Shown here: piece after piece, positions 28,784 to 37,781 of the stretch
Position numbering within the stretch: the first letter of the stretch is position 1
Layout: every line of letters starts with the position of its first letter
Virus record (IMG/VR): IMGVR_UViG_3300042691_039794
Coordinates: 11,565-75,564 of that record
DNA from: a virus
Direction: 5' to 3' (one strand)
DNA length: 64,000 nucleotides
The notes under the pieces: generated by a model
Told to the model about the DNA's origin: nothing
What the model saw: only the letters and a program-made list of their open reading frames with translations
Database searches by the model: none
Program-made: the position numbers and the translations under genes

Positions 28784-29302
28784 ATGGATAGATTAATAGA
28801 AAGAGTTATTAAACAATATTTGTTAGAAACAAGAAAATTTCCCAAAAAAAAAGGAATGGAAGTTTATGACAGAATGATGTACAACATTGTGTCAACATAC
28901 CATCAATGGTTCGATAGACATGGGGACAATAGCTATGATAAAAATTATGATATATTCTTTGAAAAAAATGTTTCTGACGATGATTATCGAGTTGGAGTTT
29001 CAGATTCAATTTTAATCCCTCTTATCAAAAAAGAAATTGGCAATATAATCGAAAGTTTCAAAATACATAATCCATGTAACAAAAGAATTATTTTCACCAA
29101 AAAAAGAAATGATAATCAAGATGAAGAATATTTTGATTTTATTGAATTCATAGTTCAAAAAGATGGTAATGAGTTAAAAATTGTTACCTCAGCATTTTCT
29201 GAAGATGGTAATTTTTTATTTTTTGGTGTTAGACCAAGAAGTAAAAAAGAAAATTTAAAAGAAAGTTCTTGTAAAAGTGGTGAAATAGTTGTGCAATTAT
29301 AA
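28784..29302 (+). CDS. hypothetical late protein
   Basis: TATTTATA at 28772; leader MDRLIERVIKQYLLE. Confidence 0.75.
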   Translation: MDRLIERVIKQYLLETRKFPKKKGMEVYDRMMYNIVSTYHQWFDRHGDNSYDKNYDIFFEKNVSDDDYRVGVSDSILIPLIKKEIGNIIESFKIHNPCNKRIIFTKKRNDNQDEEYFDFIEFIVQKDGNELKIVTSAFSEDGNFLFFGVRPRSKKENLKESSCKSGEIVVQL

Positions 29303-29323
29303 AAAATACACTATCTTTGTAAA

Positions 29324-29543
29324 AGAATTGATTGTTATTGGTTCAATCATTAAAAAATACCAATCGTAGGGTGTCTGGCGTAATCCGACACAGGTTTAAA
29401 TTCCGACCCCAAGGTAAAAATTATCCCCATCTTGATGGTGGGGATCTTATTTAAGAGCCCCCATTCCTATAGGATGGGTTTTTAGGACCGTTATCCGTTA
29501 GGGTAACAATTGAAAGGGGGAATTCGCTACTCCCCCTTTTTTT
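29324..29543 (+). ncRNA. candidate standalone structured ncRNA of about 220 nt
   Basis: TATCTTTG promoter 29312-29319, GC-enriched non-coding run of five or more hairpins, strong terminator. Confidence 0.65.
29513..29543 (+). terminator. intrinsic terminator
   Basis: AAAGGGGGA/TCCCCCTTT followed by a T tract. Confidence 0.85.
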
Positions 29544-29571
29544 ATTAATAAAAAATATCTATGATTAGATC

Positions 29572-29649
29572 ATGATTGCAGGAATTGTATATATTATTCT
29601 TATTTTTATATTTGGTATATTTGGTAAACACAGAAAATTTTTAAAATGA
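29572..29649 (+). CDS. 25-aa hydrophobic micropeptide
   Basis: MIAGIVYIILIFIFGIFGKHRKFLK; ATGA overlap with the next gene. Confidence 0.45.
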   Translation: MIAGIVYIILIFIFGIFGKHRKFLK

Positions 29650-30245
29650 AAACTATATTTTTAGATAATGATGGAGTGATTTGTCTCTCCAACAATTGGG
29701 GTGAGAGAGCAAAAAAATGGGCGAACTTTAAAAGAGATAACCCTGAAGTTGAATTTACAAGTAGACCTGTTCAGTGTAGATTTGACGACTTTGATGATAA
29801 GGCCGTCAAGGTATTAAACGAGATACTTGAACAAACTGGTGCTGAGATCGTTGTGAGTTCTGATTGGAGATTACATGCAACATTGGAAGAACTTGGTGAA
29901 TACTACGAGAGTCAAGGGATTATCAAACGACCTATTGCAGTTACAGATCAATTCAAAGATCTATTCCCTAAGGAATGGAACGCGTTTAGATTTCGTGCTG
30001 AATTAGAATTAGAAAGAAGTATGGAGATAGGACATTGGATAGAGAATCATCCCGAGGTTACTCATTGGGTTGCGGTTGATGATTTGAATATGAGCCCTGA
30101 GTTTTTATCCAAATACTTCTCACATAGTGAAAACGAAGGTAAAAATCCCGGTTTATCTAATTTTGTACTAACACCAAGATCAAGAGAGGGCATCAAACAA
30201 TCGGGAATTAAAGAAAAAATTATTAAATTTCTAACAAATGAGTAA
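29646..30245 (+). CDS. HAD-family phosphatase of the Swiss-Army-knife RNA-repair type
   Basis: IFLDNDGV, IVVSSDWR, R..EI..W, WVAVDD. Confidence 0.85.
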   Translation: MKTIFLDNDGVICLSNNWGERAKKWANFKRDNPEVEFTSRPVQCRFDDFDDKAVKVLNEILEQTGAEIVVSSDWRLHATLEELGEYYESQGIIKRPIAVTDQFKDLFPKEWNAFRFRAELELERSMEIGHWIENHPEVTHWVAVDDLNMSPEFLSKYFSHSENEGKNPGLSNFVLTPRSREGIKQSGIKEKIIKFLTNE

Positions 30246-30411
30246 TAGGTTTAAAAATCTCAAAATTGGAGATAGAGTAAAAACTAAATTGTCTGGTATG
30301 GCAACTGTAGTGGAAATTGGTTGTTATGGCGGACACATGGTAAAATTGTTATGTGACAATCCAAGGTGGTTTTGCCCATATTTTTATGAAACTGAATTAG
30401 AATTAATATGA
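30238..30411 (+). CDS. 57-aa SH3/KOW-like protein (not in track)
   Basis: KIGDRVK...ATVVEI...ELELI. Confidence 0.6.
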   Translation: MSNRFKNLKIGDRVKTKLSGMATVVEIGCYGGHMVKLLCDNPRWFCPYFYETELELI

Positions 30412-30797
30412 TGACAAAAGAAGAGATGAATGATTACCTTGAATCAATAGGCGGACTTGAGAATGGTATGTTTTCGAACAAACCAAAAATTTTCACTTGT
30501 GATTTTTTTTATGTTGACGAAGGATGGTACGCATTAATAAAAAATTTGATTGATGATCTTTTACAATTAGGTTGGGATAAAAAAGTAACTCAAGTTAAGG
30601 AAAAGTTTGGAGGACTGAGGTTTTATATCTGTAATGGGTCAGATGAAATTTTCAAAAGAATTACAATTGCTGAAGAAGAAAGTTATAAAATTTGTGAAAC
30701 TTGTGGACAAATTGGAACGTTAAGAACAAATATAGGTTGGTATTTAACACTATGCAACAAACATTATGATGAAAAATATAAAAAAACTATTTCATGA
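30408..30797 (+). CDS. conserved phage protein (KEKFGGLRFY family)
   Basis: GW..LI, QVKEKFGGLRFY, CETCG, TLC..H. Confidence 0.8.
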   Translation: MMTKEEMNDYLESIGGLENGMFSNKPKIFTCDFFYVDEGWYALIKNLIDDLLQLGWDKKVTQVKEKFGGLRFYICNGSDEIFKRITIAEEESYKICETCGQIGTLRTNIGWYLTLCNKHYDEKYKKTIS

Positions 30798-31083
30798 TAG
30801 ACCAGATCTTTTAGAAAATACAGAAGTCAAAAAATTGATAGAATACACGCAAGAACTTGAAGGACAAATTTTTGAAAGAAAAGTTGAAGATACTTATGAT
30901 AAAGAACATATGTTAAAATCTATGATCTCAGATATTTTATTAAGTTGTAAAGAATACGATGAAAACAAGATACTCCAAGAAAGATATCCTGATTTATATA
31001 AAAAAATTGATGCGGATGATTTAGTAAAAAATTTAATGAACTATATTATAACTATGAACTCTAAAAATAATTTAAAAATATAA
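30766..31083 (+). CDS. hypothetical protein
   Basis: 105-aa ORF. Confidence 0.7.
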   Translation: MMKNIKKLFHDRPDLLENTEVKKLIEYTQELEGQIFERKVEDTYDKEHMLKSMISDILLSCKEYDENKILQERYPDLYKKIDADDLVKNLMNYIITMNSKNNLKI

Positions 31084-31085
31084 AA

Positions 31086-31403
31086 ATGGAACAAAATGCA
31101 AAACAAAAAGTCAAACTAATCATGGTTGAAAATCAACCATATATTGTTTGTTCAGATAAGTTAAAAGTTGGTGACAAAGCACTCGTCACAGTTGGTGGTC
31201 AATTCCCTTCGGTTGTACTATGTGAAAACGAAATGGTCTTAAATTTGATAGTTGATTCGAAACTTTCACTAACAAATGCCTTTAAAGTTTTTATGGAACC
31301 TGACGCAATAAAATTCGAAAGTCAACAAATTGAAAAAATATTAGAAAACGACGGTTTGTTAGAGGTCGAGTATGACGGAAAAAATTATAAATATTCATTA
31401 TGA
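31086..31403 (+). CDS. hypothetical protein
   Basis: 105-aa ORF. Confidence 0.7.
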   Translation: MEQNAKQKVKLIMVENQPYIVCSDKLKVGDKALVTVGGQFPSVVLCENEMVLNLIVDSKLSLTNAFKVFMEPDAIKFESQQIEKILENDGLLEVEYDGKNYKYSL

Positions 31404-31504
31404 TGGAAATAGAAAAATATGTTCAAATGATAGGAATTCCTTTAGTTCTTATTGGCATATTGATTCATCTTATTTACAGACATTTTAAAAAAAGACCAAA
31501 ATAA
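31400..31504 (+). CDS. 34-aa membrane micropeptide
   Basis: MMEIEKYVQMIGIPLVLIGILIHLIYRHFKKRPK. Confidence 0.55.
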   Translation: MMEIEKYVQMIGIPLVLIGILIHLIYRHFKKRPK

Positions 31505-31507
31505 GAC

Positions 31508-31786
31508 ATGGAAAACTTTTCGGAAGATCAAATAAATGAAATGATTTCTGAAATCAAATCAAAAAAAAGACAAACCAAGTTTGTTTTGGTCATTTCAATT
31601 TCAATGTTGTTTTTTGAATTTTTCTTTCTTTTAATAAATAAATTTAAATTGGACTACATGTTTCTATTTGTAGTCCTTTTTCTTTTATTTCAAATTTACA
31701 TGGGATTTATTAAATCATTAGAACAAAATGTAACAATTATATTTTTGGAAGATTTAAAAAAACATAAATTAACTAAAAAAAAATAA
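31508..31786 (+). CDS. two-TM membrane protein
   Basis: Hydrophobic segments. Confidence 0.7.
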   Translation: MENFSEDQINEMISEIKSKKRQTKFVLVISISMLFFEFFFLLINKFKLDYMFLFVVLFLLFQIYMGFIKSLEQNVTIIFLEDLKKHKLTKKK

Positions 31787-32007
31787 TGGATGTTTTGGAT
31801 CTTCATGGAATTAAACACGCCGACGTTCAAAAAGTTTTGGATTCTTTTCTTTTCGAAAACATGAAACACAACAAGAAAAAAGTAGAAATAATTACAGGAT
31901 TGAGTGAACAAATGAAAATAATTGTGAAAAATGTTTTAGAAGATTATAGTTTTGATTTTGAACAGGATTTTATAAATCCAGGAAAAATTATAGTCCATCT
32001 TGTTTGA
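31786..32007 (+). CDS. standalone Smr-domain protein
   Basis: LDLHG...EIITG...NPG. Confidence 0.75.
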   Translation: MDVLDLHGIKHADVQKVLDSFLFENMKHNKKKVEIITGLSEQMKIIVKNVLEDYSFDFEQDFINPGKIIVHLV

Positions 32008-32075
32008 GTAAATTAACATAAAACATTTACAAGATTTAGTTTTTTTCTTAATTTTTTTTAAATAAAACATACAAC

Positions 32076-32252
32076 ATGGACAAAAGAATTATACACGAAC
32101 AATTATTGAATGAACACAGGATGTTGATCAATAAAATTTCTGATATCAAATCACAATCTGTAGAATTGAATCCTCAACAGAAAAATGAAATTTCTAATTT
32201 GGAAAAAAAAGTAAAACTAATCGCTGAAAAATTATATAATTTATACAAATGA
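32076..32252 (+). CDS. 58-aa coiled-coil protein (not in track)
   Basis: Follows TTTACA-N17-TAATTT; ATGA overlap with rfbB. Confidence 0.65.
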   Translation: MDKRIIHEQLLNEHRMLINKISDIKSQSVELNPQQKNEISNLEKKVKLIAEKLYNLYK

Positions 32253-33172
32253 AAGTAGTAGTAACAGGTGGTGCAGGATTTATTGGATCCGCGTTTATAA
32301 ATCATTTATTGGATAATTTTAAGTGTGATGTTCTTTGTGTGGATAAATTAACCTATGCCGGCGAAAGAAAAAATATAAAACATGATGTTTCTTTCTTACA
32401 AAAAGATATTTGTGATTTGACATCAGAAGACCTTGGTGAATTTGATTACATTGTACATTTTGCCGCTGAATCTCACGTAGATAATTCTATAAAAAATGGT
32501 TTACCATTCATCAGGACAAATGTAGAAGGGACATTCAACTTGCTGGAAATCTCAAGAAAAAACAAAAATTTAAAAAAATTTATTCATATTTCAACCGATG
32601 AGGTTTATGGTGACATGGCAGAGCTAGAAAAAGATTATCTTGCCAAAGAAACTGATCCTTTAAGCGGAAGTTCATATTACTCCGCAACAAAAGCCGCTTC
32701 TGACATGTTAGTACTTTCAGCGAATAGAACATATAATTTACCTTTTTTGATTACCAGAACTTGTAATAATTTTGGGGAACATCAGTTTGAGGAAAAATTT
32801 TTACCAACAGTTGCAAGGTCAATCAAAAATGGACAACCAATCCCTGTTTATGGTGATGGTAATCAAATTAGAGAATGGATGTATGTTTATGACAATGTAA
32901 AAATAATTTGTGAATTAATGTTTGATAATACTGTAAAAAATGAAATATATAATATCGGTACTGAATATAGATGTACTAATCTAGAAATAATTCAAAAAAT
33001 AGGAAAAATTATGAACATGGAAGTGACTTATAAAAATGTTCAAGACCGATTAGGACATGACAAAAGATATGGTTTGGATTCTACAAAAACAAAGAAATAT
33101 TTTAAAACGATAAAAAATGAAATCCCAAGATTTGTAACTCTTGATGATTTTCTACACAAAATGTATTCCTAA
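32249..33172 (+). CDS. rfbB: dTDP-glucose 4,6-dehydratase
   Basis: TGGAGFIGS, DKLTYAG, HFAAESHVD, STDEVYG, YSATK, DRLGHDKRY. Confidence 0.92.
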   Translation: MKVVVTGGAGFIGSAFINHLLDNFKCDVLCVDKLTYAGERKNIKHDVSFLQKDICDLTSEDLGEFDYIVHFAAESHVDNSIKNGLPFIRTNVEGTFNLLEISRKNKNLKKFIHISTDEVYGDMAELEKDYLAKETDPLSGSSYYSATKAASDMLVLSANRTYNLPFLITRTCNNFGEHQFEEKFLPTVARSIKNGQPIPVYGDGNQIREWMYVYDNVKIICELMFDNTVKNEIYNIGTEYRCTNLEIIQKIGKIMNMEVTYKNVQDRLGHDKRYGLDSTKTKKYFKTIKNEIPRFVTLDDFLHKMYS

Positions 33173-33174
33173 AA

Positions 33175-33426
33175 ATGACTGGGTTATTGATAAAAAGAAA
33201 TAACGAATGGGTTGTAAAATACGACAGAGGTCATGAGGTTTTATTTTACGAAATTTGTGAACAATCAAAAATATGGACCCAAAAAGAAAGCGTGTTAAAA
33301 TTTTTACACGAAAATGTAGAAGTAGAATTCAACTTGATTGTTAGCGGTTCTTATGATCGAAATAAACAAGAACAAGTTAGGGAATTTTGCGCTAAAATAA
33401 TACTAGTCGAACACAGTAGCATATGA
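33175..33426 (+). CDS. hypothetical protein
   Basis: 83-aa ORF. Confidence 0.65.
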   Translation: MTGLLIKRNNEWVVKYDRGHEVLFYEICEQSKIWTQKESVLKFLHENVEVEFNLIVSGSYDRNKQEQVREFCAKIILVEHSSI

Positions 33427-34058
33427 TAGATAACTATGAAATTTTAGAAAATGGACTTATAAAACAACTTGAATTTATATCTAAAATACAGGAATATAAT
33501 TTTCAATATGTTGATGAAAGGTATAATAAATATGGTGAGAAAGGACCCCAAATGGCAGGATTAAGATTTGGATATCTATTAGGTATTTTGGGATTCACTC
33601 CCGAATCAATATTAGATGTTGGATTTGGTAATGGTGACTTTTTGAAAGTATGTAAACAAGGTGTTGACAAGTGTTATGGAAACGATATTTCTGAATATCC
33701 ACTACCGAATGGTGTTGAATTTGTAAAAGATATTACTGAGAATTTTTATGACGTTATTTCTATGTTTGACGTTTTGGAACATTTTGAAGATATTTCTTTT
33801 GTAAAAAATCTTAAATGTAACTATATGTACATTAGTTTACCTTGGTGCCATAACTTTTCTGATGAATGGTTTGAAAACTGGAAACATAGAAGACCGGATG
33901 AACATTTATGGCATTTCAATCAAAAATCTATTGAAAAATTTTTTAATGAAATGGGATTTGATATGGTCGTTTATTCGGACATTGAAGACACAATAAGAAA
34001 ACCAAGTGACGAACACCCAAACATATTAACTTGCATTTTCAAAAAAAGAAAATCGTAA
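33423..34058 (+). CDS. class I SAM-dependent methyltransferase
   Basis: ILDVGFGNGDF, FDVLEH, PDEHLWHF. Confidence 0.85.
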   Translation: MIDNYEILENGLIKQLEFISKIQEYNFQYVDERYNKYGEKGPQMAGLRFGYLLGILGFTPESILDVGFGNGDFLKVCKQGVDKCYGNDISEYPLPNGVEFVKDITENFYDVISMFDVLEHFEDISFVKNLKCNYMYISLPWCHNFSDEWFENWKHRRPDEHLWHFNQKSIEKFFNEMGFDMVVYSDIEDTIRKPSDEHPNILTCIFKKRKS

Positions 34059-34973
34059 ATGAAATTTGGGTTCAAAATTTCAGGTTGTTTTGGAGATGTT
34101 TTATATTCTACACCCGTTCTTAAGTATTTGAGTAAATGTCATAACGATGTTTTAAATGTAGAAACAAATTACCCAGAAGTATTTGAAAATAATCCATATG
34201 TTGGTAAAGTATATAATCCTGAAGAAGGACAAATAATACCACACGATCAAATATTTTATGATTGTAATGGACACAATTTTGGTGATGTACAAAAACAAAT
34301 CAGAAAAATGTATTTGACTGATTATTGGTCAACACATTTAGGTTTTATTCTTTCACCCGAGGAAAAAACTATAGAATATTTCCCACAAAAACTGGACATT
34401 GATTTACCAAACAAAAAATATATTGTTATTAATCCGTCAAAAACATGGGATTGTAGAACATGGTCTAAACAAAATTGGGAAGAACTTACTAACAAAATTA
34501 TAGAGTTTGGTATTGACGTGGTTGTTGTTGGTAAAAATATTGTCTATAATGAAGACGACAAAAAAACTTCATTACAAGTTGAAAATTCAAATGTGATAAG
34601 TTTGGTGGATAAATTAAATTTATCCCAACTTTGGCATCTTTTAGAAAATAGTTCGATGGTTATAACAATGAATGCGGGATTATTACCTTTTGCTGGCACA
34701 ACTGATTGTAAAATTTTACAACTAGGAGGCGCAATAAATCCTTATTACAGAACACCCTATAGAAAAGGTTCACAAGATTACAAACATAAATTCATAAGTG
34801 GTTCTTGTGATTTGTTTTGTCAATCAGACATGAAGTACAATGTTTTAGGTGATAAAAAAATAACAAGATGGAATGGATACAGATCGCCGGGTTGTTATGA
34901 AAATAAACCAACCTTTGAATGCCATCCATCGGTTAATGCCGTTTTCAATGGAGTTTTGGAATTTTTAAAATAA
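34059..34973 (+). CDS. GT9 (heptosyltransferase-like) glycosyltransferase
   Basis: GDVLYSTP, INP...RTW, LVDKLNLSQL...IT.NAGL. Confidence 0.75.
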   Translation: MKFGFKISGCFGDVLYSTPVLKYLSKCHNDVLNVETNYPEVFENNPYVGKVYNPEEGQIIPHDQIFYDCNGHNFGDVQKQIRKMYLTDYWSTHLGFILSPEEKTIEYFPQKLDIDLPNKKYIVINPSKTWDCRTWSKQNWEELTNKIIEFGIDVVVVGKNIVYNEDDKKTSLQVENSNVISLVDKLNLSQLWHLLENSSMVITMNAGLLPFAGTTDCKILQLGGAINPYYRTPYRKGSQDYKHKFISGSCDLFCQSDMKYNVLGDKKITRWNGYRSPGCYENKPTFECHPSVNAVFNGVLEFLK

Positions 34974-34978
34974 AACAA

Positions 34979-35416
34979 ATGAAAAATTTAAATGATTTTA
35001 GGATTGTAAAATTTGTGTATCCATTCCCTTTGACAGAATTAGAAGAAATGTTGTGGGGAAAAATGACAATTGAGGAATCCAAGTGGGCAATACAATTAAC
35101 TTTGAAAGGTATCAATGAAACTGGTGGTGATGAAAACAGTTGTTGGGACCTGTTGTTTCTTGATTCAAAACTACAAGAAAAAATAGAAACCATACTTGAA
35201 AAGTATTCGATACAATATAGTTTGGAATATCACAATGATAAAATTTTGAATTTTGACAAATATGAAAATTTTTTTAGTGATAAATTTTTAAAAAAGTTTA
35301 ATGAATATTTGAAACAAAATTTGACAGTTGATGAAATTTTAGATAATATTTTGAAAGTTGGGGTGGAAAATATTTCAGTATTTGAAAAATATTTTTTAGA
35401 CAATTTTAATATTTAA
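34979..35416 (+). CDS. hypothetical protein
   Basis: C-terminal VDEILDNI...G.E..S..EK.FL motif (DUF6576-like). Confidence 0.7.
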   Translation: MKNLNDFRIVKFVYPFPLTELEEMLWGKMTIEESKWAIQLTLKGINETGGDENSCWDLLFLDSKLQEKIETILEKYSIQYSLEYHNDKILNFDKYENFFSDKFLKKFNEYLKQNLTVDEILDNILKVGVENISVFEKYFLDNFNI

Positions 35417-35430
35417 AAATTCGAAATAAT

Positions 35431-35523
35431 ATGGTAAAAAATGATGGACCTGAGATTGAATTGATGTTTTGTGTAATGGTTGGTATTTTTTTGGGAATTT
35501 TATTGATTAATTTGATGAAATAA
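35431..35523 (+). CDS. 30-aa membrane micropeptide
   Basis: MVKNDGPEIELMFCVMVGIFLGILLINLMK; resembles the N-terminus of 50498. Confidence 0.5.
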   Translation: MVKNDGPEIELMFCVMVGIFLGILLINLMK

Positions 35524-35528
35524 TTACC

Positions 35529-35834
35529 ATGGGATTTGACAAAAAAATATTAGAGTTGAGTAGAACTATCTACCAAACCTCAATAATGGCACATAGTACA
35601 AAAAAAGACCCATCTCATCAAATTGAACAAATCAAAAATTTGATCAGAGAGTTTATAAGAGTCGAGGTAGTTCCATATGAATTGACTGATTCAGAAAAAA
35701 TGAGTTTTATACTAAAAAATGAGATGAAAATTTGTGACGCAATATCTAAAGGACATAAAGCAACCGATCAAGATGAGTTTGCTGAAGTAAGAAAAAAAAT
35801 GAAAAAATATAGACAAGATTTAAAATTAATATGA
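35529..35834 (+). CDS. hypothetical protein
   Basis: 101-aa ORF. Confidence 0.75.
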   Translation: MGFDKKILELSRTIYQTSIMAHSTKKDPSHQIEQIKNLIREFIRVEVVPYELTDSEKMSFILKNEMKICDAISKGHKATDQDEFAEVRKKMKKYRQDLKLI

Positions 35835-36118
35835 GCGAAGATAAAATACCTTACCCCTTAAAAAACTCACAACTTGGACCTGATGGGGCATTTGATGATC
35901 AGAATGGAAAAAAAGTTTGTATTGGATCAGATGGTTACTACGATGACGATGAAGATATGTCAATTTGGGATAATACTTTAAGAGACGGACTTGAAGAAAT
36001 TGAAGTATTTGAGACAATTCAAAAAATAAGAAACTACTATAATGGTCACCACAATATTGATGGAAGACCACCCTCAAGAAAAGATTTTAATGATTACCTT
36101 GATTCGTTAGAAAAATAG
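35831..36118 (+). CDS. hypothetical protein
   Basis: WDNTLRDGLE motif. Confidence 0.7.
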   Translation: MSEDKIPYPLKNSQLGPDGAFDDQNGKKVCIGSDGYYDDDEDMSIWDNTLRDGLEEIEVFETIQKIRNYYNGHHNIDGRPPSRKDFNDYLDSLEK

Positions 36119-36133
36119 TTTTATTTTTTCTTT

Positions 36134-36373
36134 ATGACAGAAAAAGAACTATATCTTCTTGGGTTTGAAAAACATCACATGGAAGAAGACGATGATTATT
36201 ATTACTACCTTGATGTAGTGAGTGGATTAGGATTTATAACCTGCACAAGTTTTCAGGCAAATGAGAACGGATGGTATGTGGAAATATTCAATACAGAACC
36301 ATCAATTAGATTCACAAAGTTTGGCGAACTTCAAGGAATACTCAATCAACTAACAAGTGCAATCGTAAAATGA
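36134..36373 (+). CDS. hypothetical protein
   Basis: 79-aa ORF. Confidence 0.7.
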   Translation: MTEKELYLLGFEKHHMEEDDDYYYYLDVVSGLGFITCTSFQANENGWYVEIFNTEPSIRFTKFGELQGILNQLTSAIVK

Positions 36374-36606
36374 TAAAACATTACCCCCAACCTAAAGAAA
36401 AATACCAACACTATAAAGGTGGTCAGTACGAAGTTATTTGTATGTGTAATCATACAGATACCAATGAACCACTTGTAATTTACAAATCACTTTCTTTTGG
36501 TTCACAATACGCAAGACCATTTTCTGAGTGGTACGATGAGGTCGAAACTAAAAAATGGGGAAATAAAGAATATTCAGTTTTAAGATTTGAAAAAATAGAA
36601 GAGTAA
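36370..36606 (+). CDS. DUF1653-family protein
   Basis: YQHYKGG.YEV...HT.T.E.LVIY...RP. Confidence 0.85.
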   Translation: MIKHYPQPKEKYQHYKGGQYEVICMCNHTDTNEPLVIYKSLSFGSQYARPFSEWYDEVETKKWGNKEYSVLRFEKIEE

Positions 36607-37778
36607 TGAATACATTAGACAAACAATACCAAGAATTACTCCAAGACATATTGGATAATGGAGTAACAAAAAGTGATCGTACAGGGACTGGAACCAAATC
36701 TATTTTTGGTTATACAATCCGTCATAATATGAGTGAAGGATTTCCTGTGTTAACAACCAAGAAAATGGCGTGGAAGACGATGGTTACCGAATTGTTATGG
36801 TTCCTTCGTGGTGATACAAATATTAAATTCCTTGTTAATAACGGTTGTCACATTTGGGATGGTGATTCTTATAAAGCATATGAAAAGTGGTACGATGAGG
36901 TAGCAGTTCATTCTCCGTTTGGAGAGGTGCCAAGAATGACAAAGGAAAGCTTTATCAAAGCGATTGGGCTTGATGATGAGTTTGCTAAGAAGTGGGGTGA
37001 TTTAGGGCCAGTATACGGTAAGCAATGGAGAAGATGGGGTAGAAAGAATGTGACTAATTACGACTTAAAGGATGTAAAAGGTTCCGACCAACATAAAGTA
37101 ATACAGGCAATTGAAAATGGTGAAGATGTTACCAAGTATGGTGTTAAAATAGAATACCAAAACAATTCAATAGACCAAATCCAAAACCTAATCAACGACC
37201 TTAAAACAAATCCTGACTCAAGACGACTAATGGTTAACGCTTGGAATGTAGGTGAATTAGACCAAATGGTTTTACCACCTTGTCATTATGGATTTCAAGT
37301 TTATACAAGAGAGTTGAGTAGTGGTGAACGTAGAGATTGGGTCATCAAAAATAGAAGTCAACAAATGCCTAAGTTTTTTGATAGATTAGGATGGGAAGGT
37401 AATGTTGCTGAAGTTCTTGAAAATTTTAATGCCCCAACCAAAGCAATCTCTCTAATGTGGAATCAACGTTCAGTAGATACATTCTTAGGTTTACCATTCA
37501 ACATTGCATCTTACGGACTTCTACTTACAATCTTGGCTAAAGAAGTTAACATGGTTCCTGACCAGTTAATTGGAAACTTAGGTGATACTCATCTTTACCT
37601 TAACCATCTTGAACAGGCGAAAGAACAAATTGGAAGAGAACCATTTGAGTTACCAACCTTAAATCAGTTCCCAACTTATGAAGGGTCAAGACCATCAATA
37701 GAATCTTATGTGGTAGGTGATTTCACACTAAAAAATTATCAATCACACGAAACAATTAAAGCGCCACTTTCTAATTAA
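36606..37778 (+). CDS. thyA: thymidylate synthase
   Basis: DRTGTGT, ELLWFL.G, PVYGKQWR, PDSRR, LPPCH, QRSVD.FLGLPFN, HLYLNH. Confidence 0.97.
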   Translation: MNTLDKQYQELLQDILDNGVTKSDRTGTGTKSIFGYTIRHNMSEGFPVLTTKKMAWKTMVTELLWFLRGDTNIKFLVNNGCHIWDGDSYKAYEKWYDEVAVHSPFGEVPRMTKESFIKAIGLDDEFAKKWGDLGPVYGKQWRRWGRKNVTNYDLKDVKGSDQHKVIQAIENGEDVTKYGVKIEYQNNSIDQIQNLINDLKTNPDSRRLMVNAWNVGELDQMVLPPCHYGFQVYTRELSSGERRDWVIKNRSQQMPKFFDRLGWEGNVAEVLENFNAPTKAISLMWNQRSVDTFLGLPFNIASYGLLLTILAKEVNMVPDQLIGNLGDTHLYLNHLEQAKEQIGREPFELPTLNQFPTYEGSRPSIESYVVGDFTLKNYQSHETIKAPLSN

Positions 37779-37781
37779 AAA

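Noticed and set aside
29329-29364. preQ1-I riboswitch
   Set aside because: The hairpin plus A-rich tail geometry is similar, but the loop lacks the conserved UUC and specificity C, and no queuosine gene follows. Kept only as an unknown pseudoknot.
35950-36000. DRE-TIM (DTTLRDG) enzyme motif in WDNTLRDGLE
   Set aside because: The protein is only 95 aa and cannot hold a TIM barrel.
36606-37778. Intron or intein in thyA
   Set aside because: The frame is continuous. The extra segments are short insertions in variable loops with no intein C/S...HN ends or homing-endonuclease motifs.
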